Source: Nitrospirota bacterium (GTDB lineage: Bacteria; Nitrospirota; Thermodesulfovibrionia; Thermodesulfovibrionales; Dissulfurispiraceae). From it: a stretch of DNA of 64,000 bases. This document shows, in pieces, positions 1 to 9,744 of the stretch; within the stretch, counting starts at the first letter, position 1; every line of letters starts with the position of its first letter. The translations under genes and the position numbers were made by a program. Under the pieces are notes generated by a model that saw nothing but the letters and a program-made list of their open reading frames with translations, searched no databases and was not told the origin of the DNA. The stretch lies in assembly GCA_963790025.1 (NCBI GenBank), contig CAWBMP010000003.1:32001-96000 (forward strand), written 5' to 3'.

Positions 1-1402
1 CCTGGCGGCTTCGATTACCTTTTGCAATCATTATCATAGAACCGCCAAGAGACTGCAGGAGATCGACATAGGAATCCATACGTCCGGCAGTAGTTGGACC
101 AAGAGAACCGGATGGCTTGCCAGGCGGAGTCTTGGCCGGACCGGCGTAATAAACAGGGTGTTTTTTCAGGTATTCGGGGATACCCTCTCCTTTGTCGATC
201 CGCTCTCTGAACCTAGCATGGGCGATGTCCCTCGCAACGACAAGTGTGCCGGTCAGGGACAATTGAGTTGTGACGGGAAACTTTGAGAGTTCAGTCAGCA
301 CCTGTCCCATAGGCCTGTTCAGGTCAACCTTCACCACCCCTTGCTTGTGCGTGGCGCGGTATTTAGCAGGGACCAGTCGGCCCGGCTTGCGCTCCAGTGC
401 TTCCAGCCATATACCGGATCTGTCGATTTTTGCCTTTATGTTACGGTCTGCGGAACAGGAGACTCCCATCCCGATCGGGCATGATGCGCCGTGACGCGGC
501 AGTCGGATAACACGCACATCAAGGGCAAAGTACTTGCCTCCGAATTGGGCCCCATAGCCACACTTATAGGCAGCATCCAGTATTTTCTTCTCCAGTTCGA
601 CGTCACGGAATGCATGGCCCGATTTATTCCCTTCAGTAGGAAGGTCGTCCAGGTATTTGGTGGTGGCCAGTTTAACGGTCTTCAAACATGCCTCCGCAGA
701 ACTTCCGCCAATAACAAAAGCCAGGTGGTATGGAGGACAGGCGGCGGTCCCAAGAGTCTTCATCTTTTCGATGAGGAACTTCTCAAGAACCGGAGGGTTC
801 AGGAGGGCTTTTGTCTCCTGATAAAGAGCGGTTTTATTGGCCGAGCCGCCGCCTTTGGCAACAAACAGGAATTTATATTCCATGCCTTCAGTTGCATGCA
901 GGTCGATCTGTGCCGGCAGGTTGCATCCGGAGTTGACCTCGTCATACATGTTTAAGGCGACTGTCTGCGAATAGCGGAGGTTCTCCCCGATGTATGTCTT
1001 GCGTATTCCTTCTGACAGGTATTCTTCATCGTTCACGCCGGTCCAGACCTGCTGTCCCTTCTTTCCGTAAACGGTAGCCGTACCGGTATCCTGACAAAGA
1101 GGCAGCTCAAAACCGGCAGCCACTTCTGCATTGCGCAGCATGGCGACAGCAACACCCCGGTCGTTGTCCGACGCCTCGGGGTCCGACAATATTGCGGCCA
1201 TCTGCTCAAGGTGGGCCGGGCGAAGCAGGAACGATACGTCCCGCATGGCCTGGTTTGCAAGAAAGGTAAGTGCTTCCGGCTCTATAACCAATACTTCTTT
1301 GCCTTTGATGGTTGCCAAAGAAACATACTCTTTCGTAAGGAGCCGGTACTTTGTCGAATCCGGCCCTAAGGGAAAGAGTTCATAATCATTTTTCCCCTTC
1401 AT
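1..1402 (-). CDS. fumA: Class I (Fe-S) fumarate hydratase, FumA/FumB type; 3' end lies beyond the left window edge
   Basis: Hand translation from ATG 1402 ([27 protein letters not shown]...) shows [17 protein letters not shown] and [10 protein letters not shown]. It is absent from the ORF track, consistent with the stop lying outside the window. Confidence 0.9.
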   Translation of the reverse strand, partial: MKGKNDYELFPLGPDSTKYRLLTKEYVSLATIKGKEVLVIEPEALTFLANQAMRDVSFLLRPAHLEQMAAILSDPEASDNDRGVAVAMLRNAEVAAGFELPLCQDTGTATVYGKKGQQVWTGVNDEEYLSEGIRKTYIGENLRYSQTVALNMYDEVNSGCNLPAQIDLHATEGMEYKFLFVAKGGGSANKTALYQETKALLNPPVLEKFLIEKMKTLGTAACPPYHLAFVIGGSSAEACLKTVKLATTKYLDDLPTEGNKSGHAFRDVELEKKILDAAYKCGYGAQFGGKYFALDVRVIRLPRHGASCPIGMGVSCSADRNIKAKIDRSGIWLEALERKPGRLVPAKYRATHKQGVVKVDLNRPMGQVLTELSKFPVTTQLSLTGTLVVARDIAHARFRERIDKGEGIPEYLKKHPVYYAGPAKTPPGKPSGSLGPTTAGRMDSYVDLLQSLGGSMIMIAKGNRSRQ

Positions 1403-1448
1403 AATCCTCTCCCGTTACCCTCCCATTTTTATTATAATAATATAAATT

Positions 1449-2636
1449 ATGAGATATTATCTTGCAAACAATTTTGTCCTCAAGCGGCTTGAGACCCCGG
1501 CCATTTACGATATCAAGGAAGACGAATTGTATGAACTCGACGAAACTGCCTTTGAATTTTTGAACAAGTGCTCAGCGACTGAAGGCTGCAACGGCGATGA
1601 CGCTGACAGGGAATTTATCGGGTACTGTCTTTCAGAAGGAATATTGTCGGAAGCGCCCGTTTCTATCCTCAGGTCCCGTCCTGGATTTTTGGGAGGCGAT
1701 TTGCCGGCACCTTCGCTGCGGTATCTTGAATTGCAAATTACAGACAGATGCAATCTTGAGTGCAAACATTGTTATATTGATCGGCCCGGATCAAACGAAC
1801 TCCCGGCAGAAACAATAATGGGGATTCTGGATGAATTTGAGTTGATGCAGGGATTGCGTCTGATGATTTCCGGCGGGGAGCCTGTGGTGCACCGCGATTT
1901 CAGGGCAATAAATGCAATGCTGCCGAAGTATGGATTCAGGAAAATATTGTTTACAAATGGCCTTCTGCTCGGTAGAGAAGTGTTGGAATGTCTTCATGTT
2001 GATGAAATACAGTTCAGTGTCGACGGCATGGAGCGCGGACACGATGCCCTGAGGGGAAGTGGAACTTATAAAAAAGTAATTCGCGCCATCGGGACTGCGC
2101 TGGGTTCGGGCATGGATGTATCGGTAGCGACCATGATTCACCGTGCGAATGTCGCTGAATTTGCTGAGATGGAAGAGTTTTTTAAAAGTATGGGGATCAG
2201 GGACTGGACTGTTGATGTTCCAAGCCCTGCCGGTCGCTTTAAACACAATACGCTCTTTCATATACGGCCCGATATGGCAGGGCAGTACCTCAATTACGGT
2301 TTCGGCGGCGGCGGCTTTCACGGCGGCGGCGAAGGGTATGGCTGCGGGCATCATCTTTTGTCCGTGCTCGCTAATGGAACAGTTGCCAAGTGCGCTTTTT
2401 ATACCCATGCTCCACTCGGCAAAGTCAGTGACGGACTGCTAAAGTGCCGGGCCAGGCTGAAGCCGGTGAAGCTGGAGGCATTGGAATGTTGCGGGGCCGC
2501 TTGCGCGGTTATTGATTCATGCAGGGGAGGGTGCAGATACCGGGCCTCACTTACCGCCGGAAAAAGTGAATGGGGAGAAAATAAAAGGGATATTTACAAA
2601 TGTTTTGCCTATGGTATACTAAAAGCCGAGAGTTAA
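1449..2636 (+). CDS. Radical SAM/SPASM protein with an N-terminal PqqD/RRE-like domain; probable peptide maturase
   Basis: CNLECKHC (CxxxCxxC) and SGGEP motifs; C-terminal SPASM Cys pattern (GCG..VAKC..C..C..CRGGC..C); N-terminal ~70 aa (IYDIKEDELYELDETAFEFLNKC...EFIGYCLSEGIL) resembles an RRE. Confidence 0.88.
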   Translation: MRYYLANNFVLKRLETPAIYDIKEDELYELDETAFEFLNKCSATEGCNGDDADREFIGYCLSEGILSEAPVSILRSRPGFLGGDLPAPSLRYLELQITDRCNLECKHCYIDRPGSNELPAETIMGILDEFELMQGLRLMISGGEPVVHRDFRAINAMLPKYGFRKILFTNGLLLGREVLECLHVDEIQFSVDGMERGHDALRGSGTYKKVIRAIGTALGSGMDVSVATMIHRANVAEFAEMEEFFKSMGIRDWTVDVPSPAGRFKHNTLFHIRPDMAGQYLNYGFGGGGFHGGGEGYGCGHHLLSVLANGTVAKCAFYTHAPLGKVSDGLLKCRARLKPVKLEALECCGAACAVIDSCRGGCRYRASLTAGKSEWGENKRDIYKCFAYGILKAES

Positions 2637-2738
2637 GAGCTTAGAGACCGGAGCTAAAAACCAGGGAGCAGTAAGCCATTTTTTTGCTCTTAGCCGTTGG
2701 GCCTGGACTCTTAGCTATCTTTGGAGGAGGTGTTTGGA

Positions 2739-2801
2739 ATGGTGATCAGGAAGGTCGTAAAAAAAACAGCAACTACATGTAAGTGTAAGGGTTCCTGTTA
2801 G
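2739..2801 (+). CDS. 20-aa Cys-rich peptide MVIRKVVKKTATTCKCKGSC; putative RiPP precursor
   Basis: Strong SD GGAGGAGGT at 2723-2731, ATG 2739, TAG 2799-2801; basic N-terminal half and CxCxxxC C-terminus; 102 bp downstream of the rSAM gene. Confidence 0.7.
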   Translation: MVIRKVVKKTATTCKCKGSC

Positions 2802-2814
2802 GTATCAATTCATC

Positions 2815-2861
2815 AAAGTATCAGAGTAAATAAAGCTTCATAGTATTTACTCTGACACTTT
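2815..2861. repeat. 18-bp inverted repeat (hairpin) downstream of the peptide gene
   Basis: AAAGTATCAGAGTAAATA ... TATTTACTCTGACACTTT, one mismatch. Confidence 0.75.
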
Positions 2862-2887
2862 GAACTTTTTTGTGGATTTCATGGGTA

Positions 2888-2920
2888 GGGGGGCGGTGTA
2901 CTCAGCCCCCCGTTTATTTT
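2888..2920 (+). terminator. Probable intrinsic terminator
   Basis: GGGGGGC/GCCCCCC stem followed by GTTTATTTT. Confidence 0.55.
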
Positions 2921-2964
2921 GTCGAACCCTTTGTATTTTAAAGATCAGTGTGCCATAATAAAAA

Positions 2965-4716
2965 ATGGATTTTAATAAGGCGTTTTTTTTAGTTCTCGTC
3001 ATTTTAATATTCGGCAGCGCATCATGCGCTCCTTTACAAAAAGAGGCCGGCCCGGTTAAAGAGCCTTCAGTAGAAGTCTTGCGCGTAGACACCGAGAAAG
3101 CGGATTTGGAATACCTGCTCGGCTATGAAGAGGAAATAGATGGAAACTGGGGGGAGGCCCTGCATCATTACAGCGAAGCTCTCAAGCTGGATCCTTCCTC
3201 TACCTACTTAAAGACAGAAATAGGCTCAATGCTTATGAAACTCGGGAAATATGCCGAAGCGTCTTCGATGCTGGAACAGGTTATCAAGGTATCACCAGAT
3301 TATGTCCCCGCCCTTATGCTGCTCGGTGATTTGTATAATGCTCAGAAGAGAGTTGATGAAGCGATAGTCATTTATGATAAAGTGGTGAGGATATCGCCTG
3401 ATAAGGACAATGCGCGCCTGTTCCTGGGAGTACTCTACCTGTCCAAAGGAGAGGCACAAAAAGCTGAAGACATTCTTAATAACATAATTAACAACGATCC
3501 CGAAAATATCATGGCCCTCTACTATCTCGGCACAATCAGCCTTGAGAGAAAAGATTTTGGTAAAGCGGAGAATTTTTTTAAAAGGGTCATAGAGCTTAGG
3601 CCGTCCTTCGATGCTGCTTATTTGAGCCTTGGACTTGCCAGTGAAATAAGGAACGATACAAAGTCTGCCGAAGAATACTACAAGAAAGCACTCGAAGTTA
3701 ATCCCCATAATCCATTCGCAAGCGAAAGACTCACGCAACTTTATCTGACCGAAAGGTCATATGAAAAAGCCATTAAGGAACTCGAACGTGTATTGACAGA
3801 GGCCCCCACAAATGTGGATATTCATCACCGGCTCGGGTTGCTTTATCTTCAGGAAAAACAATATGAACGGGCGCTCTCCGAGTTCAGGATTGTCCTTGAG
3901 GCAAGGCCGGCCGATATAACAGTCAGATATTATGTCGTGGTAACACTCGATGAAATGAACAGGCTGGATGAGGCAATCGCTGAGCTTAAGAAAATTCTTG
4001 CTATTGATCCGAAGAACGTAAATGCGTTTATGACGCTCGGAGCAATCTACTCTAAGCAGAACAATTCCCCGGAGGCAGTAAAGATATACCAGGAAGCGCT
4101 TAGTTTTGAAAAGGGCAAACCGGAAATTTATGTTTATCTCGGTTCCACATACGTGCAGATGAAAGAATACGCGAAGTCTGAAGAAGTTTTGACGGACGGC
4201 CTCAAGCTCTTCCCCAATAACGATGAGTTGCTTTTCAATATGGCCATACTTTATGAAAAAACCGGAAAATTCGAGGATATGGTCAGGACCCTGAAACGCA
4301 CTATCGAATTGAATCCAAAAAATGCGGAGGCGTTGAATTACCTGGGCTATAGTTATGCTGATAAGGGCATCAATCTTAAAGAAGCCTTGTCGCTTGTCAA
4401 AAAGGCGCTGGAACTGAAGCCGGACAGCGGTTTCATAATGGACAGCCTGGGATGGATATATTTCAAACAGGGACGGCTGGAAGAAGCACTGAAAACCCAG
4501 ATCACGGCCGTAAATCTTGTCAATGACGACCCTGTCTTGCGTGAGCATCTTGGCGATATCTATGCAGCTATGGGCAAGAATGACGAAGCCCTCGACGCCT
4601 GGAATGCTGCTCTCCGTTTTCAGGAAAAAGAGGAGGGGTTAAAGGAGCGCGTTGAGGGGAAGATAAAACAGCTAGGGGCCAAGAGCCAAGAGCCAAGAGC
4701 GAAAGTCAAAGAATAG
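2965..4716 (+). CDS. Tetratricopeptide-repeat lipoprotein
   Basis: Lipobox-like GSASC, many TPR repeats, C-terminal NYLGYSYAD..DSLGWIYFKQG..HLGD segment typical of the TPR gene upstream of ispE. Confidence 0.88.
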   Translation: MDFNKAFFLVLVILIFGSASCAPLQKEAGPVKEPSVEVLRVDTEKADLEYLLGYEEEIDGNWGEALHHYSEALKLDPSSTYLKTEIGSMLMKLGKYAEASSMLEQVIKVSPDYVPALMLLGDLYNAQKRVDEAIVIYDKVVRISPDKDNARLFLGVLYLSKGEAQKAEDILNNIINNDPENIMALYYLGTISLERKDFGKAENFFKRVIELRPSFDAAYLSLGLASEIRNDTKSAEEYYKKALEVNPHNPFASERLTQLYLTERSYEKAIKELERVLTEAPTNVDIHHRLGLLYLQEKQYERALSEFRIVLEARPADITVRYYVVVTLDEMNRLDEAIAELKKILAIDPKNVNAFMTLGAIYSKQNNSPEAVKIYQEALSFEKGKPEIYVYLGSTYVQMKEYAKSEEVLTDGLKLFPNNDELLFNMAILYEKTGKFEDMVRTLKRTIELNPKNAEALNYLGYSYADKGINLKEALSLVKKALELKPDSGFIMDSLGWIYFKQGRLEEALKTQITAVNLVNDDPVLREHLGDIYAAMGKNDEALDAWNAALRFQEKEEGLKERVEGKIKQLGAKSQEPRAKVKE

Positions 4717-4790
4717 TTAGGAGCTCTTTTTTGTTTTTGTCTTTTTTTTGCCTTGGACTATTAGCCCTCGGCTCCTGGCTTTATTATATT

Positions 4791-5657
4791 ATGCTTACAG
4801 TAAAAGCACCTGCCAAAATTAACTGGTCGCTGTCTGTGCTGGATAAAAGAGAAGACGGTTACCATAATATAGTCTCTCTTCTGCACTGTATCGGCCTCTA
4901 TGACGTCATTAATTTTGAACTTTCCGATAGACTTACACTTGAATCCGGCCTCAATCTCCCATGCGAGCAGAACCTTGTCTATAAGGCGGCCCTTCTGCTC
5001 CAAAACTATGCAGGCACTAAAAAAGGTGCGCGAATTACATTAAAAAAGGAGATACCTTCGGGGGCCGGGCTCGGCGGCGGAAGCAGCGATGCCGCATATA
5101 CGCTGATGGCGCTCAACGGGCTTTGGGAGCTCGGTCTCGGCAAAGGTGAACTCAAGTACCTCGGAAAAAAATTGGGGTCGGATGTCCCTTTCTTTTTTGA
5201 GGGTCCCCTTGCCCTGGCAGAGGGTCGCGGGGAGCGACTGGCCAAATTGACGGCGGCTATACCGCATGTTTTGCTGCTGGTAAAAGCCGATTGTTCCGTG
5301 CCGACATCCTGGGCTTACGGCGCGCTTGACAGGGAAGGCGGAGGCAAACCGGCATTGACAAAAATAAACAATAAAATAAATAATATCCAGTTAATTTATC
5401 GGGGAATTGCTACAGGGGATTTGTTAAGAATTGCGGAGCATGCGCACAATGATTTTGAAAAGGCCGTCATGCAACGCTATCCAGTAATTGGACATGTTAA
5501 AGAGCAGATGCTCAAGAGCGGTGCTGTTATGGCGCTGATGAGCGGCAGCGGTTCTGCCGTTTATGGTCTGTTTGATGATGAGAAAAGGGCGCTGAATGCA
5601 TGCCGGCATTTTCCGTCTTATTATTGCAGGGTGGTAAAGACATTGACGGATCGGTGA
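4791..5657 (+). CDS. ispE: 4-diphosphocytidyl-2-C-methyl-D-erythritol kinase
   Basis: APAKIN, IPSGAGLGGGSSDAA, GSDVPFF, MSGSGS. Start reassigned to ATG 4791 because the longer ORF N-terminus is repeat-derived. Confidence 0.95.
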   Translation: MLTVKAPAKINWSLSVLDKREDGYHNIVSLLHCIGLYDVINFELSDRLTLESGLNLPCEQNLVYKAALLLQNYAGTKKGARITLKKEIPSGAGLGGGSSDAAYTLMALNGLWELGLGKGELKYLGKKLGSDVPFFFEGPLALAEGRGERLAKLTAAIPHVLLLVKADCSVPTSWAYGALDREGGGKPALTKINNKINNIQLIYRGIATGDLLRIAEHAHNDFEKAVMQRYPVIGHVKEQMLKSGAVMALMSGSGSAVYGLFDDEKRALNACRHFPSYYCRVVKTLTDR

Positions 5658-5731
5658 ATGAGTTGATGGGTGAATGGGTAAAAAAAACTAAGAACTCATA
5701 TGCCCATATACTCATTTACTCATATACTTTT

Positions 5732-5803
5732 TGGGGCGTAGACAAGCGGCAAGTCAGCAGATTTTGGATCTGCCATTCCCAGGTTCGAATCCTGGCGCCC
5801 CAG
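5732..5803 (+). tRNA. tRNA-Gln(TTG), CCA not encoded
   Basis: TGGGGCG/CGCCCCA acceptor stem, GCAGA-TTTTGGA-TCTGC anticodon arm, GGTTCGAATCC T-loop; conserved ispE-tRNA-Gln-prs synteny. Confidence 0.97.
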
Positions 5804-5940
5804 TCCTTATAAAAGTAAAAAGTGAGAAGTAAAAAGTAAAAATGGATTTATGGGCTGCGCGAGATGTGTTATATTATTCTTTATACATAATGAATGAGGC
5901 TATTTGACTTTTAACTTTTTACTTCTTTTTTGGAGGGGAA

Positions 5941-6882
5941 ATGCATAACGGTGTTAAACTGCTTACCGGGAATGCCAACAGGCCGCTTGCCGTCAAGGTA
6001 AGCGAATATATCGGAATACCTTTGACCGATACTACGGTTAACACATTCAGTGATGGTGAAATAACGGTGCAAATTAATGAGAATATCAGAGGGTGTGATG
6101 TTTTTGTAATTCAGCCGACCTGCTGCCATGTTAACCACAACATTATGGAATTGCTGCTCATTATAGATGCTTTGAAAAGGGCTTCGGCAAACAGGATAAC
6201 TGCGGTGGTCCCTTATTACGGTTATGCCAGGCAGGACAGGAAAGTCCAGCCGAGGGTCCCGATTTCATCAAAGTTGGTAGCCGACCTGCTTACCGCAGCT
6301 GGAACTAACAGGCTTATAACCATCGATTTGCATGCAGCCCAGATACAAGGCTTTTTCAATATCCCTGTTGACCACCTGTATGCTTCGCCTGTGTTGTATG
6401 ACTATATAAAGAAAAGCAGATTCGATGATCTCGTTATAGTTTCTCCTGATGCCGGCGGTGTTGAGCGTGCCCGCTCTTTTGCCAAGAGGCTCGACGCATC
6501 TCTTGCCATTGTTGACAAGCGGCGAGAAGTAGCCAATGTTTCAAAGGTCATGAATGTAATCGGGAACGTCAAGGACTGCGACGCTATTATCCTTGATGAT
6601 ATGATCGATACGGCCGGCACCATAACGCAGGCTGCCCAGGCGCTCCATGATAACGGGGCCAAAAGGGTTTGTGCAGCAACTTCCCACGGGGTGTTGTCGG
6701 GTCCTGCTATTCAGAGGGTAAATGATTCGGTGCTTGAAGAAGTGATTACAACAGACACAATCCCTCTCGACGATAAGGTAGCGGCATGCAGTAAGCTTAA
6801 GGTATTGAGCATTTCAAAACTGCTGGGCGAAGCTATAACTAGAATACACGAGGAATCATCAGTGAGTTCATTGTTTGATTAA
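5941..6882 (+). CDS. prs: Ribose-phosphate pyrophosphokinase
   Basis: FSDGEI, PYYGYARQDRK, SPDAGGVERA, DDMIDTAGT. Confidence 0.97.
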   Translation: MHNGVKLLTGNANRPLAVKVSEYIGIPLTDTTVNTFSDGEITVQINENIRGCDVFVIQPTCCHVNHNIMELLLIIDALKRASANRITAVVPYYGYARQDRKVQPRVPISSKLVADLLTAAGTNRLITIDLHAAQIQGFFNIPVDHLYASPVLYDYIKKSRFDDLVIVSPDAGGVERARSFAKRLDASLAIVDKRREVANVSKVMNVIGNVKDCDAIILDDMIDTAGTITQAAQALHDNGAKRVCAATSHGVLSGPAIQRVNDSVLEEVITTDTIPLDDKVAACSKLKVLSISKLLGEAITRIHEESSVSSLFD

Positions 6883-6918
6883 AAACGACAATACGGTTCA
6901 GGCATATAAGGAGGATAC

Positions 6919-7569
6919 ATGGAAAGAGTGGTTTTAAATGTGGAGAAAAGAGACAGACTGGGAAAAGGCGGGGCTCGCACGCTAAGGGCGGGCGGGTTTA
7001 TTCCTGCCGTGGTCTATAAAGGCGGCAATTCGCTGCCTGTTCAGCTTCCGGGAAAAGAGCTTTCATACTATATAAGCAAAACAGGCGGCGAACAGGTAAT
7101 TGTAAATCTCAAGTTCAAGGACGATACAAAACAGGCGATACTTAAAGAATATCAGGTGGACCCTTTAAGCGGCAAACTTCTGCATGTTGACTTCCAGGAA
7201 ATTTCGGCGACTGAAGTTATCAAGGTGACGGTCCATGTCATCATCCGCGGTGAAGCTATCGGCGTCAAGAGGGACAAGGGTGTACTGCAGTACGGCATCA
7301 GAGAGGTGGAAATAGAGTGTTTGCCTGACAAAATACCGGGACACTTCGATATCGACGTGAGCGAACTTGTCATCGGACGCGCGTTACATGTCAAAGATAT
7401 AATACCCGGGGAGGGTATCCGCATTATTACCGATCCCGGTGAGGTACTTGCGTCGGTTATCGGCATCAAGGAAGAAGTGGTCGCACCTGAAGTCGTGGCA
7501 ACCGCGGAGACTGTTGAGCCTGAAGTTATAAAGAAAGGCAAAAAGGTCGAAGAGGAAGAGAAAAAATAG
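6919..7569 (+). CDS. rplY: 50S ribosomal protein L25/Ctc
   Basis: GKGGARTLR..IPAVVY, LLHVDFQ, CTC-type C-terminal domain. Confidence 0.95.
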   Translation: MERVVLNVEKRDRLGKGGARTLRAGGFIPAVVYKGGNSLPVQLPGKELSYYISKTGGEQVIVNLKFKDDTKQAILKEYQVDPLSGKLLHVDFQEISATEVIKVTVHVIIRGEAIGVKRDKGVLQYGIREVEIECLPDKIPGHFDIDVSELVIGRALHVKDIIPGEGIRIITDPGEVLASVIGIKEEVVAPEVVATAETVEPEVIKKGKKVEEEEKK

Positions 7570-8154
7570 TTGTGGATTATTGCTGGTCTGGGCAATCCGG
7601 GAAGTAAGTATGAAAAAACCCGACATAATGTCGGATTTGTCGTTATAGACAGGCTTTCGGAGTTATACGGAATAGTTCTGAAAGAAAAGCAAGAGTATCT
7701 TTTGGGTAAGGGGGCTATTGAGGGACAGGAAGCTGTCCTCATTAAGCCCCTTACTTTTATGAACAGGAGCGGGATTGCAGTCGCAAAGGTGCTTAAGAAA
7801 TATAACAGCTTTCCCGGAGATTTAATCGTGGTTCATGATGACCTGGATCTCGATACCGGTGTCATAAAGCTTAAAAAGACCGGATCATCGGGTGGGCATA
7901 AGGGTGTTGAATCGGTCATTCAGGGAACCGGTACGAGGGAATTCTTCAGAGTGAAGGTTGGCGTGGGGCGCAATCCCGATGTTCCTTCGGAGGTTTATGT
8001 CCTCAGCAATTTCAAACCGGCTGAAAAAAGTATCATGAAAGATGCTATAATTAAAGGAAGTGATGCCGTTGCCGCCATTATTACTATGGGAATTGACAGG
8101 GCAATGACCTGTTACAACCGAGCAGCGAAAAAGGAGCCCATACCCGGAGAATAA
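7570..8154 (+). CDS. pth: Peptidyl-tRNA hydrolase
   Basis: GLGNPGSKYEKTRHNVGF, KPLTFMNRSG, GGHKG. Confidence 0.96.
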   Translation: MWIIAGLGNPGSKYEKTRHNVGFVVIDRLSELYGIVLKEKQEYLLGKGAIEGQEAVLIKPLTFMNRSGIAVAKVLKKYNSFPGDLIVVHDDLDLDTGVIKLKKTGSSGGHKGVESVIQGTGTREFFRVKVGVGRNPDVPSEVYVLSNFKPAEKSIMKDAIIKGSDAVAAIITMGIDRAMTCYNRAAKKEPIPGE

Positions 8155-8168
8155 TCCGGAGACTAATA

Positions 8169-9740
8169 ATGAATATTGCTGCAAGCGCTTTATCCGAAGT
8201 TAATATAACAACTGATATCCTTGTCTTACCCCTTTTTGAAACACTCAAGTCTGAACGGTACGCCGATGTGGATGATAAGATTGGCGGCTTGATCTCTAAA
8301 GTTACTGCATCAAAAGAGTTCACCGGGAAACAGAACCAGCTTACTCTCCTTCACGTACAGGATTTACAGACGGAAAGGATTTTGCTTGTCGGAATGGGTA
8401 AGGCGCCCGAGCTTACTTCTGAACGGCTGCGTCAGGCCGGCGGCAAGGCATTCTCATATATAAAAAAACTCGGGGTCAGGAATATCGCAGTGTCCACCAG
8501 AAGTATCGGACTGCACTGCCGAAATGATAATCCCCCTTCATCCACCCTTAAAGTAAGGGGGGAAAGAGGCGGGTTGGTTGATGAAAGGGGTGTTGCACGT
8601 TACAAAAGCATTATTTATTTTCTGGAGGGCGGTCTCCTGGGCATTTACCGGTACGAAAAATATAAAAAGGCCGAAGACAGAGGAGATATAAAGCATATAA
8701 CTGTTCTTGCCGGCAATGCCTCCTTTTTGGGGCAGGAATTGGAGCGTTTGCAAACTGTAGCATCGGCAGTTTATCTGGCCAGAGATCTTGTTAATACACC
8801 GTCGAATGATTTGACCCCCGTTCATATGAGCGAAAAGGCGTGGGCCGTCGCCGGGAAAAATGTGAAGGTCAGGGTATTGGAGGAAAAAGAAATAAAACGG
8901 GAGGGAATGGAGGCGTATCTCTCGGTCTCACGCGGCTCAGCATCGTCACCCCGGTTTGTCATCATGGAATACAAAGGCGGCAGTGGGGCGCATGTTGTGC
9001 TTATAGGGAAGTCGATTACATTCGATAGCGGAGGACTTTCAATCAAGGCTGCAGAGGGCATGGAGAAGATGAAGTACGACATGGCTGGAGGCGCTGCCGT
9101 CCTGGCGGTGATAAAGGCCATTTCAGAAATGTCCCTGCCGCTAGATGTAACAGGCATATTGCCTGCGGCTGAAAATATGCCAGGCAGTACGGCATTCAAG
9201 CCGGGCGATGTTGTAAAATGTATTAGTGGAAAGACAATAGAGATTATCAGCACTGACGCCGAAGGCAGATTAACACTTGCAGATGCCATGGGTTATGCAA
9301 TAAAATACTATAAGCCTGGGGTGCTCGTTGATATCGCAACACTCACCGGGGCCTGTTCCCTGGCGTTGGGAAACGAGGCCATTGCGATGATGGGAAACGA
9401 CACTACACTTATGGAAATATTTAAGGAGTCATCGCTGGAAACATATGAGCGGGTATGGCAGATGCCCCTTTATGATGAATACAAAGACTATCTGAAAAGC
9501 GATATTGCAGATTTAAAAAATGCGGGGGGACGAAATGGCGCGCTTGTTGCCGCCGGATATTTTCTTAAGGAATTTGCAGGTGAAACGCCGTGGGTGCACC
9601 TTGACATTGCGGGCACCGCATGGAATGAAAAGGAGAGGTCTTATAGTCTCAGAGGGTCGACAGGCGTCGGGGTAAGATTGTTAATCGATTTTTTGGAGCG
9701 GTTGGCAGCAGCGCGCTCCCATAAGTCCAAGAGGAAATAA
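8169..9740 (+). CDS. pepA: Leucyl aminopeptidase (M17), with a repeat-derived insertion
   Basis: GKSITFDSGG, MKYDMAG, TDAEGRLTLAD, HLDIAGTAW. Confidence 0.95.
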   Translation: MNIAASALSEVNITTDILVLPLFETLKSERYADVDDKIGGLISKVTASKEFTGKQNQLTLLHVQDLQTERILLVGMGKAPELTSERLRQAGGKAFSYIKKLGVRNIAVSTRSIGLHCRNDNPPSSTLKVRGERGGLVDERGVARYKSIIYFLEGGLLGIYRYEKYKKAEDRGDIKHITVLAGNASFLGQELERLQTVASAVYLARDLVNTPSNDLTPVHMSEKAWAVAGKNVKVRVLEEKEIKREGMEAYLSVSRGSASSPRFVIMEYKGGSGAHVVLIGKSITFDSGGLSIKAAEGMEKMKYDMAGGAAVLAVIKAISEMSLPLDVTGILPAAENMPGSTAFKPGDVVKCISGKTIEIISTDAEGRLTLADAMGYAIKYYKPGVLVDIATLTGACSLALGNEAIAMMGNDTTLMEIFKESSLETYERVWQMPLYDEYKDYLKSDIADLKNAGGRNGALVAAGYFLKEFAGETPWVHLDIAGTAWNEKERSYSLRGSTGVGVRLLIDFLERLAAARSHKSKRK

Positions 9741-9744
9741 ACAG

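Noticed and set aside
270..1385. Short ORFs over the first 1.4 kb, or a fumarase pseudogene
   Set aside because: They are shadows of the minus-strand fumarase. Its frame was open in the part translated by hand, and it appears to be missing from the track only because its stop is outside the window.
1670..1705. Possible palindrome insert in the rSAM linker (RSRPGFLGGDL)
   Set aside because: No convincing stem and no match to the GGGGACCCC element
2799..2843. Read-through of the peptide TAG (pyrrolysine)
   Set aside because: The downstream codons lie in a hairpin, stop again quickly, and no pyl genes are in view
2965..4716. TPR lipoprotein as part of the RiPP cluster
   Set aside because: TPR-ispE is a common core arrangement; it has its own promoter candidate and is separated by terminator-like hairpins
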